From positions 1-39,799 of the forward strand of contig JNEM01009037.1 of the NCBI GenBank assembly GCA_000697335.1: 39,799 bases of DNA, in the 5' to 3' direction. A program made the translations under genes and the position numbers. The stretch is from Conidiobolus incongruus B7586 (Eukaryota). The notes beneath the pieces were generated by a model that did not search any database, was not told the DNA's origin, and was given only the letters and a program-made list of their open reading frames with translations. This document shows positions 23,908 through 37,420 of the stretch, piece by piece. The number at the start of each line of letters is the position of its first letter. Position 1 is the first letter of the stretch.

Positions 23908-26587
23908 TAATTATTTAATTTGTTAAATTAATAAAATATTTTTTTAATTTAATATGATATAATTAAGATTCATAAACGTGTCAACTGGAATTATCATATT
24001 AATATCATTTAATTTCTATTGATGGAAGTGATATTTTTGTGTTAATGTTAAATTATGTGTTGCAAAATATAATTTTAATTTTTTTATTCAATAATATTTA
24101 TACTTACAATCCAATTAATTGCTTTTGTAATTGTATTTATATTTTTATTTTCTACATTAGTCAAGGCCCTAAAGTATCTGATTTTGAATTTTTTTAACAT
24201 ACTGAATAATAAATTAAATTAATGGATATATCACATGCTATTTCAATTAAATTTCCTTCCTATATAAATACCCTGTTCATTTTCATAAATTGGTGTAATA
24301 TTTTCATTTTTGTCGCATATTGTATAAGTTGTAAATAATTGAATATTATTTATACTATTTCTCAAATAATAAAATTGAATGATCAAATTATTTGAAAATA
24401 TTGGATAATATCTTATAATTAGAAGCACAAAGTTTTATATTTAATGGATATATCAAAATGTACTCGATAAATAAATCGACATATAATTAAATTTAATAAT
24501 TGGTTAAATAATATGGAGATATTATAATTAAATTTCAATTATTTGTCAGTATATTCATACTAACATATATTCAAAATATTTTGTTATATTGAAAAAATAA
24601 AATTTTAAGAAAAAAGTTGAATATTATTGGATGCTGCAAATTTGGTTAAATAATTTGTAATTAATAATATCAAAAAGAATATACAAAAAATTCAATTTAG
24701 TGATATATTATATAAATATTAGGTAGGATCATAGATATATGTTTATATAATAAATTGCTATTCTGATTATTTAATTTGAGTGTTAAAATAATAATTATTT
24801 TTTATTAAATTTTTTGAAAATCATAACATAATGTAATGAATCTTAACATAATCTATTTGTTTAAATATATTGTTACTATAGTAATCACAATACAATACAT
24901 AAACAATAATAAGTTATGACTATTTTCAATATTCTTTAACGTGTTAAATATCATAGTTTCTCATGTAACTGGTCCCATTTCAGTCGAATCATATTTGGTA
25001 AAAATGTGCATATTAAATATTTTATTATGAGAGATTAATACGAATTAGCAACGATCCAATATATTTTAAATCTTGTCATCAAATTTAAATTACTATGGGG
25101 AATTTATTGTGTATATGGATTTATTACAAGTTGATCAAAGAGCTGTTAAAGCAGAGACCTTGCTAAATATATATTACAAGGAGTATTAATAACACCTCGA
25201 ATTTTCTATTCTTTCAAAATATACACTATTATACTCTTATGTGTATTCGCATATTTATTCAAGTTTGATAATATATTACTTTTATGTTTTATCAAAAATT
25301 TTAATTCCTGAATGAATTAAGAAAAATTCAACTCTCATCAATATATTATTAAATTTCTAAAGCATTCAATTGTGATATATTAATAAATTTAATTTTTTTA
25401 AATTATATAATTGGTTAAATAATTAATATTTTTATATTTATTATATTATATTAATAGTTGGTATAAATAAAATTATTTCATTTTTTTAATGCTCAATATT
25501 CAGTTTTTATTCATTTTATTCGATTAAATTAACCATTTTTCTCAATATTATTTCATTGATATGATTCATGAAAAAGTCAACATTTGATTACGTTTAAAAA
25601 AATACATAATACATAATATACTTTGATGTCAATAATGTGACTATCGATCCAGCTAATAATATTTTAAAAAGATAAAATACGATTCATTTAGTTACATTGA
25701 ACAAATAAATTAATATGATTCATACAATTCATAGAGATTGTATTTATCAATTGATATGAATGATTGATAAGATGGTGATTTTTGAGGATTTTCAAAATTG
25801 CATAGTATTCAGAAGGTTGAATGGAATCAATTCTATTTTCATATAAAATATATGTGATATAAATATAAAGCAAATCCAAATATAAAATACATGCTATCCT
25901 GGTAATTTCATATGAATATATTAAAGTGAATCTAAGTTATCAAACTTTTCCAAAAGTAAATTGTATTTGTAAAGTTAACCCCTTTTTGCACAATATTTTC
26001 AATTAATAAATTCTAACTATTTTTCCCAATTAGTCGTGAACTTTGATTACCAAAAAATTATATTTTAAAATGCCTATAATCTTGATCAAATTAAAATAAT
26101 AAATCCACTATTAATTTGATATGAATTATCAAAAACTCTTTAGCTTAATACTGCTAGTAATCCTTTTATTAAAATAATTAATCTCTAATTTAAAACAATT
26201 TTTTAAATTTTATATCTCTAGAATTAAAATTTTTAGGAGTTAAAACATTTATAGTATTTCTATATATGACAAAGTGATCGAATTTAACTTGAATTGTTAT
26301 TTAATTTGCGTCGCAGTAAACGCGCTCGGGAGTCGAGGTCCCTGTCATAAACAAAGCAGGATATTTTTCCATTCTTGAAATTTATTGATTATCTTTGTTA
26401 TAAAACTTGAAGCTGCAACGTTCCTCAAAAACGATTATCTTTAGTTTTTACAACCTACATATTTCCTTAAAAAATTATATCTCAATTTTTTTTTCAAATT
26501 TTATTATTTTATAAAAAATGGTTAAAGTTATAAATGATTTACAAATATGATTAGACAACTAATTTTATTGCAAATAGATTAGTTCAT

Positions 26588-27565
26588 TTATTCATAAAAC
26601 ATTTGATGAATTTTTCTTAGTTTGTTAATTATCCTTATTTTGAATGGAATTGATTGGTTGAATGGAATAAGGGATGTATTGGTTGTTGGATTATTAGTGT
26701 CCTCTTTTATATGTGGTTTTTCGTCTTTTACAGATTCTTTGAAAGATGAGGAAATTGAGGGATTACCATGTGCAATACAATATAGCAAACCATCTTTTAA
26801 TTGGAATTTGCTCTTAATTTGAATATTACATATAGTGCAAGTTAAGCATTGCAAATGAAATGTCCTCTTAGAATTTCCTCGACCTATTCTAATTCCGTCT
26901 TTATGATTGTCTATATTCTTTTTGCACTTGGCACATTTTAATTCAGTAGGTTCTTTGGATTGATCTTGACAATAATTTAAGGTAGAGTCTGTCGATGGCT
27001 GTGATCTGTGGGATTTTCGATGAGGAGCGTGAGTAGATAATATTTGGTGACAAATTTGGGAGAAACAATTATAGTCCTCAATACAGTAAACCTTATTTTC
27101 TAACAGTTTGTAATCACATGGGTCATATAGAGATTTCCCACATTTAGCACATTTCAAATGTCCTGGATGCCAGTAGAGGTTGGATAATTGTATGACACTC
27201 TCTTTGATAGGGAGATGACAGTGATAGCAGACAGGATATGAAGATAAATTACTTGTTCGGCTAGTGTAATCTACAGAGTTTGTAGTATTATTATCAAGTT
27301 TACTCGTATTGATATGATTATGAAGATCAGATTCAATAGATTTGTAATATTTAGTAATGGAGTTAATTTCTTCAAGTACTTCATCTAAGAATCCTTCAAT
27401 GATAGAGCTTCTAGTATGTATGCTTAATACATCTGTGGGATCAAATATTCTAGTGTCTTTGTGCATTTTATCCACTTGAGATGAGTCAAGAAGTTTTCGA
27501 TTAATACCTGACGATTTTTCAAACTCAGATTTTAGTGGTAAGCATGAATGTAGTACAGTTATCAT
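26588..27565 (-). CDS. LIM zinc-finger protein with two LIM domains; 5' end uncertain
   Basis: CYHC-x16-HPGHLKCAKC-x18-CIED and CAKC...FHLQCLTCTIC...YCIAH. An acceptor-like TTTTGCTAG sits just before the ATG, so an upstream exon is possible. Confidence 0.85.
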   Translation of the reverse strand: MITVLHSCLPLKSEFEKSSGINRKLLDSSQVDKMHKDTRIFDPTDVLSIHTRSSIIEGFLDEVLEEINSITKYYKSIESDLHNHINTSKLDNNTTNSVDYTSRTSNLSSYPVCYHCHLPIKESVIQLSNLYWHPGHLKCAKCGKSLYDPCDYKLLENKVYCIEDYNCFSQICHQILSTHAPHRKSHRSQPSTDSTLNYCQDQSKEPTELKCAKCKKNIDNHKDGIRIGRGNSKRTFHLQCLTCTICNIQIKSKFQLKDGLLYCIAHGNPSISSSFKESVKDEKPHIKEDTNNPTTNTSLIPFNQSIPFKIRIINKLRKIHQMFYE

Positions 27566-30033
27566 CCTAGCAAAATATCAAACTCAATTTTGATATCAAA
27601 TTAACCCTTATATATTCCAAATTGGGCACGGACTATTATCCCATTTTAATATAAAAACTAACCAATTTAGGAAATTGATAATTATTTTATTTTTCGTTTT
27701 CTCCTCAAATAAATAATTCAATTTCAGTTAATTCATTTAAAAGAATTGATGTCAACTATAGTTAAGACAGCGCATATCAATCAATTCTTTACCATATGAA
27801 GAATAGGTGCTTGTTATAACTGAAAATTATTCTCAATTCAATTTAATCGGTTTACTTTAAATTTATTATAGCTATTATATAACATTACTATACTATTTGA
27901 GTACAACATATTCTAATTAATTTTTCTTTATTATAATCAATACATTTCGCTATATATATCGGCTATATTTGTATTGTCAAGAATTTGAAATAATAGAAAT
28001 AAAACAATTCTGGATAAAATTTCAAATAACTGCATTAAAATTCAGGATTGAATAACGATTTCATTATAAATAGCATTATATAGCAGTTCTTATATTATTT
28101 AATATTTTGTTTAATGATGGAATAGATATTTGATGCAAATCACTATTATTAGTATCGGACATATGGATGAAAGATTATAGTATAAATTTAATCAAACATT
28201 TTTATTACTTTTATTATTTTTTATTCAAATTGAAATTATCAAAATAAGCAAATTTAATTAGTCTAATTTAACCAATTTTTACTAGACCATGTTATTTCAA
28301 GCAAGGATTTACTGTATTGATTTAATCCAAATTATTACTAAATTTAGATTTTAATTATATACACACACCATTGTAAAAATTTTAATATTGGAATATTATT
28401 TAATAGCATTAGGGTAAATAATATATATTTCATAATTATAAATATTAATTCGAGATCTTATTCCAACTTTTTGTATTTTCATTTTCTTTGTAAATATCTT
28501 AAATGCCAATTGGATAACTACGCTTATCAAATCAAATATTAATATATAATACAATGAATTCAAATCTAAAATAGCTATATTTCAAAATTAATGTTAGAAA
28601 ATTATATCAATCTATTATTCATACTATCAATCATAGCATTTTGTTAAATATTTTATTTCAATCAAATATCACAATATATTTGAAATAAAATATATGTAGA
28701 TTAATTGATATATCCTTTAAAACCTCAATATTTCAAATATTTTCTACAAATTTTTATATCTCAAAATGATATTCAAGTTGCCATCCTAAAAGTCCAGGCA
28801 CCAACTAAGAAATTCAATAAATATTTTATATCTTTGTATTGATTAATTTATTCAGTATTTTCCAAATAAAATGAATTATGTCTAATAGTTAGTTTAGATT
28901 GGATTTAAAATTTACTCTACACTTTATTATTTTTAAATAATAGCATCATATTGCTACATCGAATATATTCTAAGCTTAATTAAACTGTTTAAACTCATCA
29001 AGTCATTAATATAATTGATCTTTTGCAATAGAAGGATAAATATGCTATAATATCCTAAATTGCAGTCTATTATATAGTCTCTAAGGATTTAATTAATATT
29101 TAAATGCATGAGATGAAATGAAAAATTTTTAATAATTTAAAGCGGATTTTATGACCTCAGTATTTATTTATTAATAAAAACTGTGTAAATTGGAATAATT
29201 TATTGAGAGTGAAAGTATGTAAGGTATTTGATATTAGTAATGTATAAAAATAAATATATTATTTCATAAATTGCTTAAATATGCCAATCGAAATATATAC
29301 ACTATAATATATGACCATACCTCGAGATATATTGTAAAATTAATTTATAATTCACTTCAATAATTCACCTGCATTTTAAAAAAGTTACTATCCAAAATCC
29401 TTAAATCCCGAACTCAATAATGAGCATATTGATCAGAAAATCCAACCACCTCAAAATATAATTCTCACATATATCATATGAATAAAGAATTTTATTGAGA
29501 CAAGAGTAAAGCAGATTTTACAAATCATTAAACTATCAACTATTCAAGCTATTACTTCATCCTTATATAAATTTGTGGATCGAGGTTTCTTCAATAGTAT
29601 ATTTCCACTTATCATTTTGACAAAAACCGTCCACATGATATTTTTCAAAATTTTGATGAATATTAAACCAGTCAAAGTTAAAAGTAGCTGTAGATTAAAA
29701 TTAATATCTGAGTTTATAAATTATATCCAGTTATATAAATAAATAATTTTCGCATATTTTAATAATAATTTATAATATTTATAAAATATTAAGTATTTCA
29801 GAGCTACTATTTGTACTGAGAAAATATCAGGAAATATGTTAAATCTGTATTTTGAAAAATGAATAAAATGAAAAGTGTATTCAAATAAACTCTTAAATGG
29901 ACAATGATATTTAGACATTGTAGATGATCATTGTATTACAAAAAATTAATTATTATTCTAAATAAAGATTATTATTAGAAGATATTTATTAAATATTATA
30001 AAATTCCAATACTGGTTAAATAAATAAATAATT

Positions 30034-31905
30034 TTAACATTCAACAGGCTTCTTGAAACCATCAATATGCTTGCCATTTTCTAATTTGGCGTCAATACCC
30101 AAACCTCTCTTAGCGAAACCTCTCCACAATTCACACTTGAAGTTTCCACCAGTCAAGTGCTTTTCAGCTAAGATGATGGCATCACGAGCTTGAATGAAAG
30201 TAGGGTTACAGGGTTGCAACTTCATACCATCGATGAGGAGACGAGCCAAAAGAGTGTTGCCGTGAGTGTAGTCACCAGACAAGAGATCGTTGGTGAAGGA
30301 AGTACGATCGCGCAAGTTCCAGTAGACTTCGTAGAGGATTTCGGCCCAGACAGCACCGACGGGGTGAACACCCCAGAATTCGGGACCATCAATGCTTGAG
30401 TATTTCTCAGGGTTAACATCAAAGCTGGTGGAATAGGGGTAGTGGCGGATAGTCTTGCCATTGTAGACGTAACTGCCCATTAATAAGTTGGTGCTGCGGT
30501 TGTAGGATTCCTTTTGACGGATCAAGGTGGCAAAAGTATCAGACCAACCTTCACCCATACCTCCAGCTTCCCAGGTTTGGAGACAGTTAGAGTTGGAAGG
30601 ACCACCAGTCAATCTGTTTGAGACACCATGAGTGTATTCGTGAATGATGATGCCATTATCGAAGTCACCATCACGTTCGGGAGAGTTTCTGTTCCAAGTG
30701 TACATTCTCATACGTGGTTGGTAACCGTCAGGAGGAGTGGCAAAATTGGCATTATTCTTACCAGCACCATCTTGAGCTTGAGCACGGACAGGGTCACCAC
30801 CGAGACCACCCTTGCCAAAGTTGTTTTGTTGGAAGTTACCAGCAACTTCGTTGAAACCGTGGGCATAGAGGTAATCGTGGTACCAGTTGTTGACATAGAA
30901 TAAATTGGTAAGAGCAGCATTGATGTATTCACCAGGCTGCTTGGAGAAATCGACAGGGAAGTCAAATTTCAAATCTTTACCACCTTCAGCTCTGGGTTGC
31001 TCGGTCCAAGGTCTGGTAAGATTGCGGTTATCCAAAGCAATGACGTTGTTACCGGTGGTAGTGGTGAAGGTCTTACCATCACCTTGATCGTGCCAACCTA
31101 AGGGAGAGGCGAGTTTGGTACCTTGGGTAGTAACAATTTTACGGGGACCCTCTTCAGGATCATTGGTAGGGGGATCATAAACATTGTAGGTGGCTTCATG
31201 AACCCAGTCGTAAAGGGCAACAACTTGCTTAGTGTTGGCATCAACGTAAGCGGAGAACCAATTGTCTTCTAGTTCAACTTGGACGTTCCAGGTCAAAGCA
31301 ACTTCGTTGTTCTTTTGAATGTAAGATTGGGAGGCAGTGATGCCATTCTTAGCAGCAGGAACATTATTGATCTTGACAGGTTCATCAGCGCTGCGAGGTT
31401 CAATGACAGCAATCTTATCCTTGGAAATGCCTAAATCCAATTTGATATGGTTGAATAAAGTTTCAACAGCATCAACGACATTTCCGGCGTTTCCTTCAGC
31501 AAAGCTGGCAGATCTACCAAGGTTGGCAGGAGTGAAGGAGTTACCATAAGAGATTACATTACCATTCTTATCAACGTTAATATTGATGTCACCGTTGGCA
31601 ACTTCTTTACCATTGATAATTTGCTTGAGGTAGGTGTGAGTAATACCATTGGCAGATGTATAGGAGTCCTTGACAATGTAGTCTTGACCATCGAAATAGT
31701 TCAATTCCTTGGCAACGAATTGCTTGGCAATTTCCAAAGCAGGGAGGTTGTTGTCGGCTCTACGGGCAAGAGAACCATGTTCAACAACCTTGTAGGTGGC
31801 ATGGCTCAATTGAGGAACAATTCTGTCGACATTTATTCTTTCAGCAGAAGCATGGCCTGAGAGACAGAGGGAGATAATTACAGAGGCTAAAGTATTGAAC
31901 TTCAT
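30034..31905 (-). CDS. Secreted fungalysin (peptidase family M36 zinc metalloprotease) with signal peptide and FTP propeptide, ~623 aa, intronless
   Basis: Signal peptide MKFNTLASVIISLCLSGHASA (ATG 31905); propeptide 'GITHTYLKQIINGKEVANGDININV'; 'ASPLGWH', 'GFNEVAGNFQ', 'NNANFATPPDG', zinc motif HEYTHGVSNRLTGG, third ligand GMGEGWSD, 'LQPCNPTFIQARDAI', 'WRGFAKRGLG'. Confidence 0.97.
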   Translation of the reverse strand: MKFNTLASVIISLCLSGHASAERINVDRIVPQLSHATYKVVEHGSLARRADNNLPALEIAKQFVAKELNYFDGQDYIVKDSYTSANGITHTYLKQIINGKEVANGDININVDKNGNVISYGNSFTPANLGRSASFAEGNAGNVVDAVETLFNHIKLDLGISKDKIAVIEPRSADEPVKINNVPAAKNGITASQSYIQKNNEVALTWNVQVELEDNWFSAYVDANTKQVVALYDWVHEATYNVYDPPTNDPEEGPRKIVTTQGTKLASPLGWHDQGDGKTFTTTTGNNVIALDNRNLTRPWTEQPRAEGGKDLKFDFPVDFSKQPGEYINAALTNLFYVNNWYHDYLYAHGFNEVAGNFQQNNFGKGGLGGDPVRAQAQDGAGKNNANFATPPDGYQPRMRMYTWNRNSPERDGDFDNGIIIHEYTHGVSNRLTGGPSNSNCLQTWEAGGMGEGWSDTFATLIRQKESYNRSTNLLMGSYVYNGKTIRHYPYSTSFDVNPEKYSSIDGPEFWGVHPVGAVWAEILYEVYWNLRDRTSFTNDLLSGDYTHGNTLLARLLIDGMKLQPCNPTFIQARDAIILAEKHLTGGNFKCELWRGFAKRGLGIDAKLENGKHIDGFKKPVEC

Positions 31906-32965
31906 AATGGCTAATAAATACTGATATATTAAATTATTATACAAATAATTAGTAGTTATATAACTTGAAGTCTAATGATCAAAGCACTTTTTATATTCCT
32001 GACTTCTCCATCTGATGCTATCTTCATAACCATCAAATTCTCAAAATTTTTGAAATTACTGATAAAAACTGTACATGTGATTCAGAGAAAATATTTAATT
32101 AACTAAATGATCAACGTTCAACAGATTGTAAATATTGGTTTAAAACTTAAAAACCTGTTCAAGTCCAGCAATATGAAATATCCATCAACTGTTAAAATTG
32201 TGCATAATAGAAATATAATTTACTATACAACATTATTATTTTTATGGAGGCTGATTATTAAATAGGATATTTTTATTCCTATTGTATGCTATATTTATTT
32301 ATCAGAACTCAATATAATACAAAGAAATTCGACAATTAAATATAACTATATTATCCACTTAATCGATTGTAACTTTATAAAGAAAATTGGTTGAGAAGTT
32401 TGTCCGAGTTTTGCGCAAGATGAGCAATCTTTGATTTCCTCAGTTTGGGCTTTTGAATTTATCAATCACGCTATTTGGGTTCTGAAATGAATCATATTTT
32501 TGTAAAGTTCCACTAAAATTATGAAGATACTAATAAAATACTATTTAAATTAGAGGACTTGAACACCTTTTTTAATGAATAAATCAAATATTAAAAACCA
32601 AAACAAATCATTCTTGATAAATTAAAAAATTAATAATTCGAAACTAACAGTTTTAATAAAACTATTGAATTATAAATTTAATATTTGTTTAATATATAAA
32701 AAATTAGCAAAGTTATTGATTAATTCTCAATTAAAATTATTGATCATAAGACGAGATGATCACGCTATAAGACGGATAAAACATCACTCATATTTGGAAA
32801 TAATCATCATTCTTTACAAATAAATTAACAATTTCGCATTTTCATTTTGATATTAAACCGAGATAATTAAGAATTTTCATGAACTTAAGCTGGTTTAATC
32901 CATAATTCATTTTGTTATTAATTAAATTTTTAATTATTTAAAGTGAAAATTTGGTATAATAATAA

Positions 32966-32987
32966 ATATATATATATATATATATAT
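32966..32987. repeat. (TA)n microsatellite, ~11 units
   Basis: Read directly. Confidence 0.85.
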
Positions 32988-35900
32988 GTATATTTGAAAC
33001 TTGATATTTGAGTGAAAGGTTAATAAATATATATATATATAGATATATCAATATAATATTGATGTCTGAAATGCAATGTTATGAGTATTTTTATCATGTT
33101 TTTCTAGTTTTACATTATTGGATAATTGTTGTGATAATATATTTCAGTTTATCTGATAAATCATATTATTAAAAATTTGCTTGTACTTATTTGCCAGATA
33201 AACCTGAAATCCATAATACAGTTTTATTCATAAAAAACTATTTTTATAACATGAACATTTATATATCACAACTTATGATATATAAATGAATAAGGAAATA
33301 TAAAGTATATGTAGTAACACCATATATTGAGAGCAATTATACAGCTTAAATATTATAAATAAATATCGATCTAAAAACTATCAAGTAAAATTTTAATTTT
33401 ATATTCAATACTGTTTAAAATAATTTAAAATATAATAGCATAAATTTAATATCTTTTCATAATTTCATATTTGAGTAATAAAATTCTTAATGATTGAATA
33501 ATAGCATTGAGAGTAATTAATATACTGAAGGAGATACTTCAATACTAATATATGGTGTTTCTAATTGTATATTTTATTTTGCTTAAATGACTAATTATTT
33601 CTGCAATGATTTTTTTGATTTTAATAGACAGATTTGGCAAATTTATGTAACTATTTTCATTTTTTGACTTCAATTGTTTACTTGTTATAATTACAATGAG
33701 TTAAAATACATAGTATAAATTCCAAAATATGAATTTGCAAATTATGAAATTTATACACAATAAAGCAAAAATATTTCAATTAACCTATTTCAGATATAAT
33801 AAGCGAAATTATAATTAATTCTAATCATTAAGCATAAAATAATTCACGCGGTTATGACCACAAAGATAATTGTAATTTGGAAATTTTTAGATATAGAATC
33901 TATAGAATATCATTATATATTCACTTAGGATAAATGAACATAATAATATATATTTATCAAATCAACATTGCTACTATAACACGTATGATACTTGATTAAA
34001 TAGAAAATAAGAGCTAATGTGAATGAGCATGATTAAAATATATTGAATTTAATAAAATCAGTGAATAAATTGCGAGACTAGACCTCATAATACTATTTTT
34101 ATTCATAAATCATTATTTTGCAATAATTTGTCATTCCATATTTACATATACTTTATTATGATCAAACAGTATTTATTATGAAAAATTTCAAGTGCTTATA
34201 TTATTTATTAATATATTGTTTATTTTACTTCAAATAACATTATTCATTCCAATATATATTTTATGAAATTAGATAAAGTATACCAATATAAAAAAATAAA
34301 ATTGATTTTGCAAAAATTAAATAGTTAATACTTACTGTTTTTGGACAAAATACTATAAATTTTCTTTTTCTATTATTTTTAATATCAAAAAATCATATTT
34401 AATCCAGAACAGTTAGAAAACTATTTTAGGTTACAATTGAATTTTTTATAAAGAAAAAATAAATTAAATTAATCTTAAATTTGCAAAATCATTTAATATA
34501 TTTATAAGATATATCATTAATATTGTTTAATCCTTATCTAGTTATTTATTACAATAAAACCTATTTTGGAAAATATATTGAATACATTTTTGCTATACTT
34601 AGTTTTTTTATTAATGGGAATAATTTTAGAAAAAATTTTATAAGAATTAATAAACTTGGTTTTGTTTAGATATATCTATAGTCCTATGATAAAATACATA
34701 TTATCAGTTTACTCATATATAACCAACGTTTTATATATTCAATTAGTCAGATTTGAATTCAATTTATAATAATATATTCCAAAGTGAAGTGAGTATTAGT
34801 TTGGGGATCGTGCCAGCCTATATTTGTCATCAATAGCCACATATAGAAAATCAATATTGTTTATATAATTTGGAAGTGCTTTTGTTATATATGTATATAT
34901 ATTCTTATGTTTGAAGAATTAAAATTTAATAAAATTAATTATATTGACATTATTTTTATCACTATTTAATTGAAAATCCAAAGGAAATGAAATCTGATCA
35001 GGACATAAATTAATATATATATTTTTATAATCTTAAAGTTATAATTTAATAAAATAATACTAAGTATCAATTAAAATCACTAATATAATTACATAAGAAA
35101 AATCTTTTATTTAAAGTGAGTATATTACGTATTAGTAATAATATCATACAAATAATTTTTATGGAATTGATATATTGATTAAAATTAAAATTTAGCAAAT
35201 ATTTTTATTAATCAAACTATATTTTGAAAAAATATAAATTTTTTGTATATTAATGAATTATAATAAGCTTATTATTTTTAAATATAATATTAAAGATATT
35301 CTTATATTTTTAATTATTTCATTGTATTCTAGATAATTTATTACTCTTAAAATATATAATAACTTATATAATTTAATAATAAATATGAACTATAATTAAA
35401 AATGATGAAAGATTTAGTAATTAAAATTTAATTATATTCAAACTCAATATTTTACACCTAAACCCAAATTCTTGTGATATTATAGGCGAATGTATGAAAT
35501 GAATTAAATAAAATGTTAAATTTTTTTCAATTTTTATTGAATTTAATACTAATAAATGAATGTTTTATCTAATAACGATAGTTGTAATCAATAGGCTTAA
35601 TAGATGATCACATAATTAACCTGATATTCAAATAATTAAATATAATCAAAATTGGGAGACTGTATTTTATATAATTTATAACCATAAATGCAATATCTTA
35701 AAGGTAAATTTTAGATTAAATTTTATTTGAATAAAATAAATATTTTTAATAATTAATAATACTTTCAATTAATTTTTTATAATATTAAAATTATAAGAAA
35801 TATACATCAATTGGATTAAGATCATATATTTTAATAATCTCAGTCAAATATTATAATTTATTCAGAAATTTTGACTAAAATTCTCTTATGTTTTTGGAAT

Positions 35901-36898
35901 ATATTGTTTATACAAGTTAATTTTGATATATAAAAACTCTTTAATTTTATATTTGAAGTATATTGAAATATAATGTAAATAGCAAGCATTATATTTTAAC
36001 AGCTATATGCTATTTAGTGTGTTGATTATAATTAGCATTGAGTTCAACCTAAGTAATTATTTATTCAATCAGATAATTTGATAGGTGTTAAATAATTGAA
36101 AAATGATAATTTGATATATTGATTTTTGAATTATCATTTACAATTTAATTAGACATTTAAAAGTTATATATAAATAGATTTGAACAAATATATATGCGAT
36201 ATTTTGTAATAAATAAATATTATATAATAAAACTGTAGCTTCAATATCATTTTATATCTAAAAGTGAATACAGCTGCGAAAATAATTTTAGGTGAAAATG
36301 GATGGATTTTTTAAATTATTTATTTCTCACATTATTCTCTAAACATGCACAGTTCCTTCTTTTCAATGAGTTAGAATTGTCATAATGAGACTGATTATCA
36401 TGCAAAAATATGAAATACATCATTTATAAAGAAATGGACTGTTCGTCTGAATACTAATAATAAAATTTTTATTATATATAGATTAGTAAAAACTGATTTT
36501 TGTATTAAACTCATTCCCAAGATTTAATTTCATAAATTTTTTAACTTAAATATTTCTAGGACAGATATTCAAAATAGGAATACAATGATTATTAATCAAT
36601 AAATATAAATCATTGGATTAAGATTGGAATATTATTAACATATTAAACAGGGGTTAGGTAATAGTGGTTTTGTACCGAAATCATCATATTACTAATATCT
36701 AATATTAAAGAAAAATGAGCTGAAGCCTATATTAGTAGATATTCAAATATGAATCAATTCCCAGATGATAAACCTTTTAATATATCTAGATTTCTAATTA
36801 GTCATTTAGATTAGTAAAAAAAGAAAAAGATGATAGCTTTATTCATATATAATTAATATAGTTGTATTTACTATTTTAAAATAGAAATCAAAAATTTT

Positions 36899-37420
36899 TT
36901 ACTGTATAGAACAACTGACAGGCAAGCTACTTGTATCAGCACCTTGTAAAAGCAATCTCCTTGGTGTAACCCCATCAGCTCCATAAAAAGTCAACTCTAA
37001 ATAAAGAGAACCTGCAGGTTTTTCATTTTTATCTCTCAAGGGAAACCAGCCTAAATAACATTATTATTTTTATATTGTCGCTAATAATGTATTAGTTAAG
37101 TTACCGTCATGGTCTCCAACCTTAAAAATTTCACCTAAATCAATCTCGCATTCACCAATGAGTTTGGGCTTACCAATCAGTTCGTCATCCATCACTTTAA
37201 TCTTCATAATATCTGCGACGGGATTAGGTAAATTTTCGAACCTTATCCTATGGTTCCATTGAGGATTTCTACCGCCGCCCTTATCTACTCGCGTCAATTT
37301 ATTAATTAAACCAATTTCGAATTGAATATACGGGTCCTGCTTCTTAAAAAAATCTACATTGGGCAAATTTTTACCACATATGGCTAATATCTCTAATACT
37401 GAATAATTTTCATTTGTCAT
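36899..37420 (-). CDS. Small C2-domain protein (Inn1/Fic1-like C2), 155 aa, exons 37420-37105 and 37050-36899, ending in CaaX motif CSIQ
   Basis: 'LEILAICGKNLPNVDFFKKQDPYIQF...TRVDKGGGRNPQWN...IKVMDDE...LIGECEIDL'. A 54-nt GT..TAG intron leads in frame to 'GWFPLRDKNEKPAGSLYLELTFY...LPVSCSIQ*'. Confidence 0.88.

Noticed and set aside
4769..29918. Short AT-rich ORFs (4769, 8126, 9957, 13582, 14476, 24243, 25688, 26622, 29721) and nested ORFs 5908, 6285, 23043
   Set aside because: Composition typical of random AT-rich frames, or antisense/alternative frames of real genes.
30190..31860. Several short alternative-frame and antisense ORFs inside the fungalysin
   Set aside because: By-products of strong codon bias in the real CDS.
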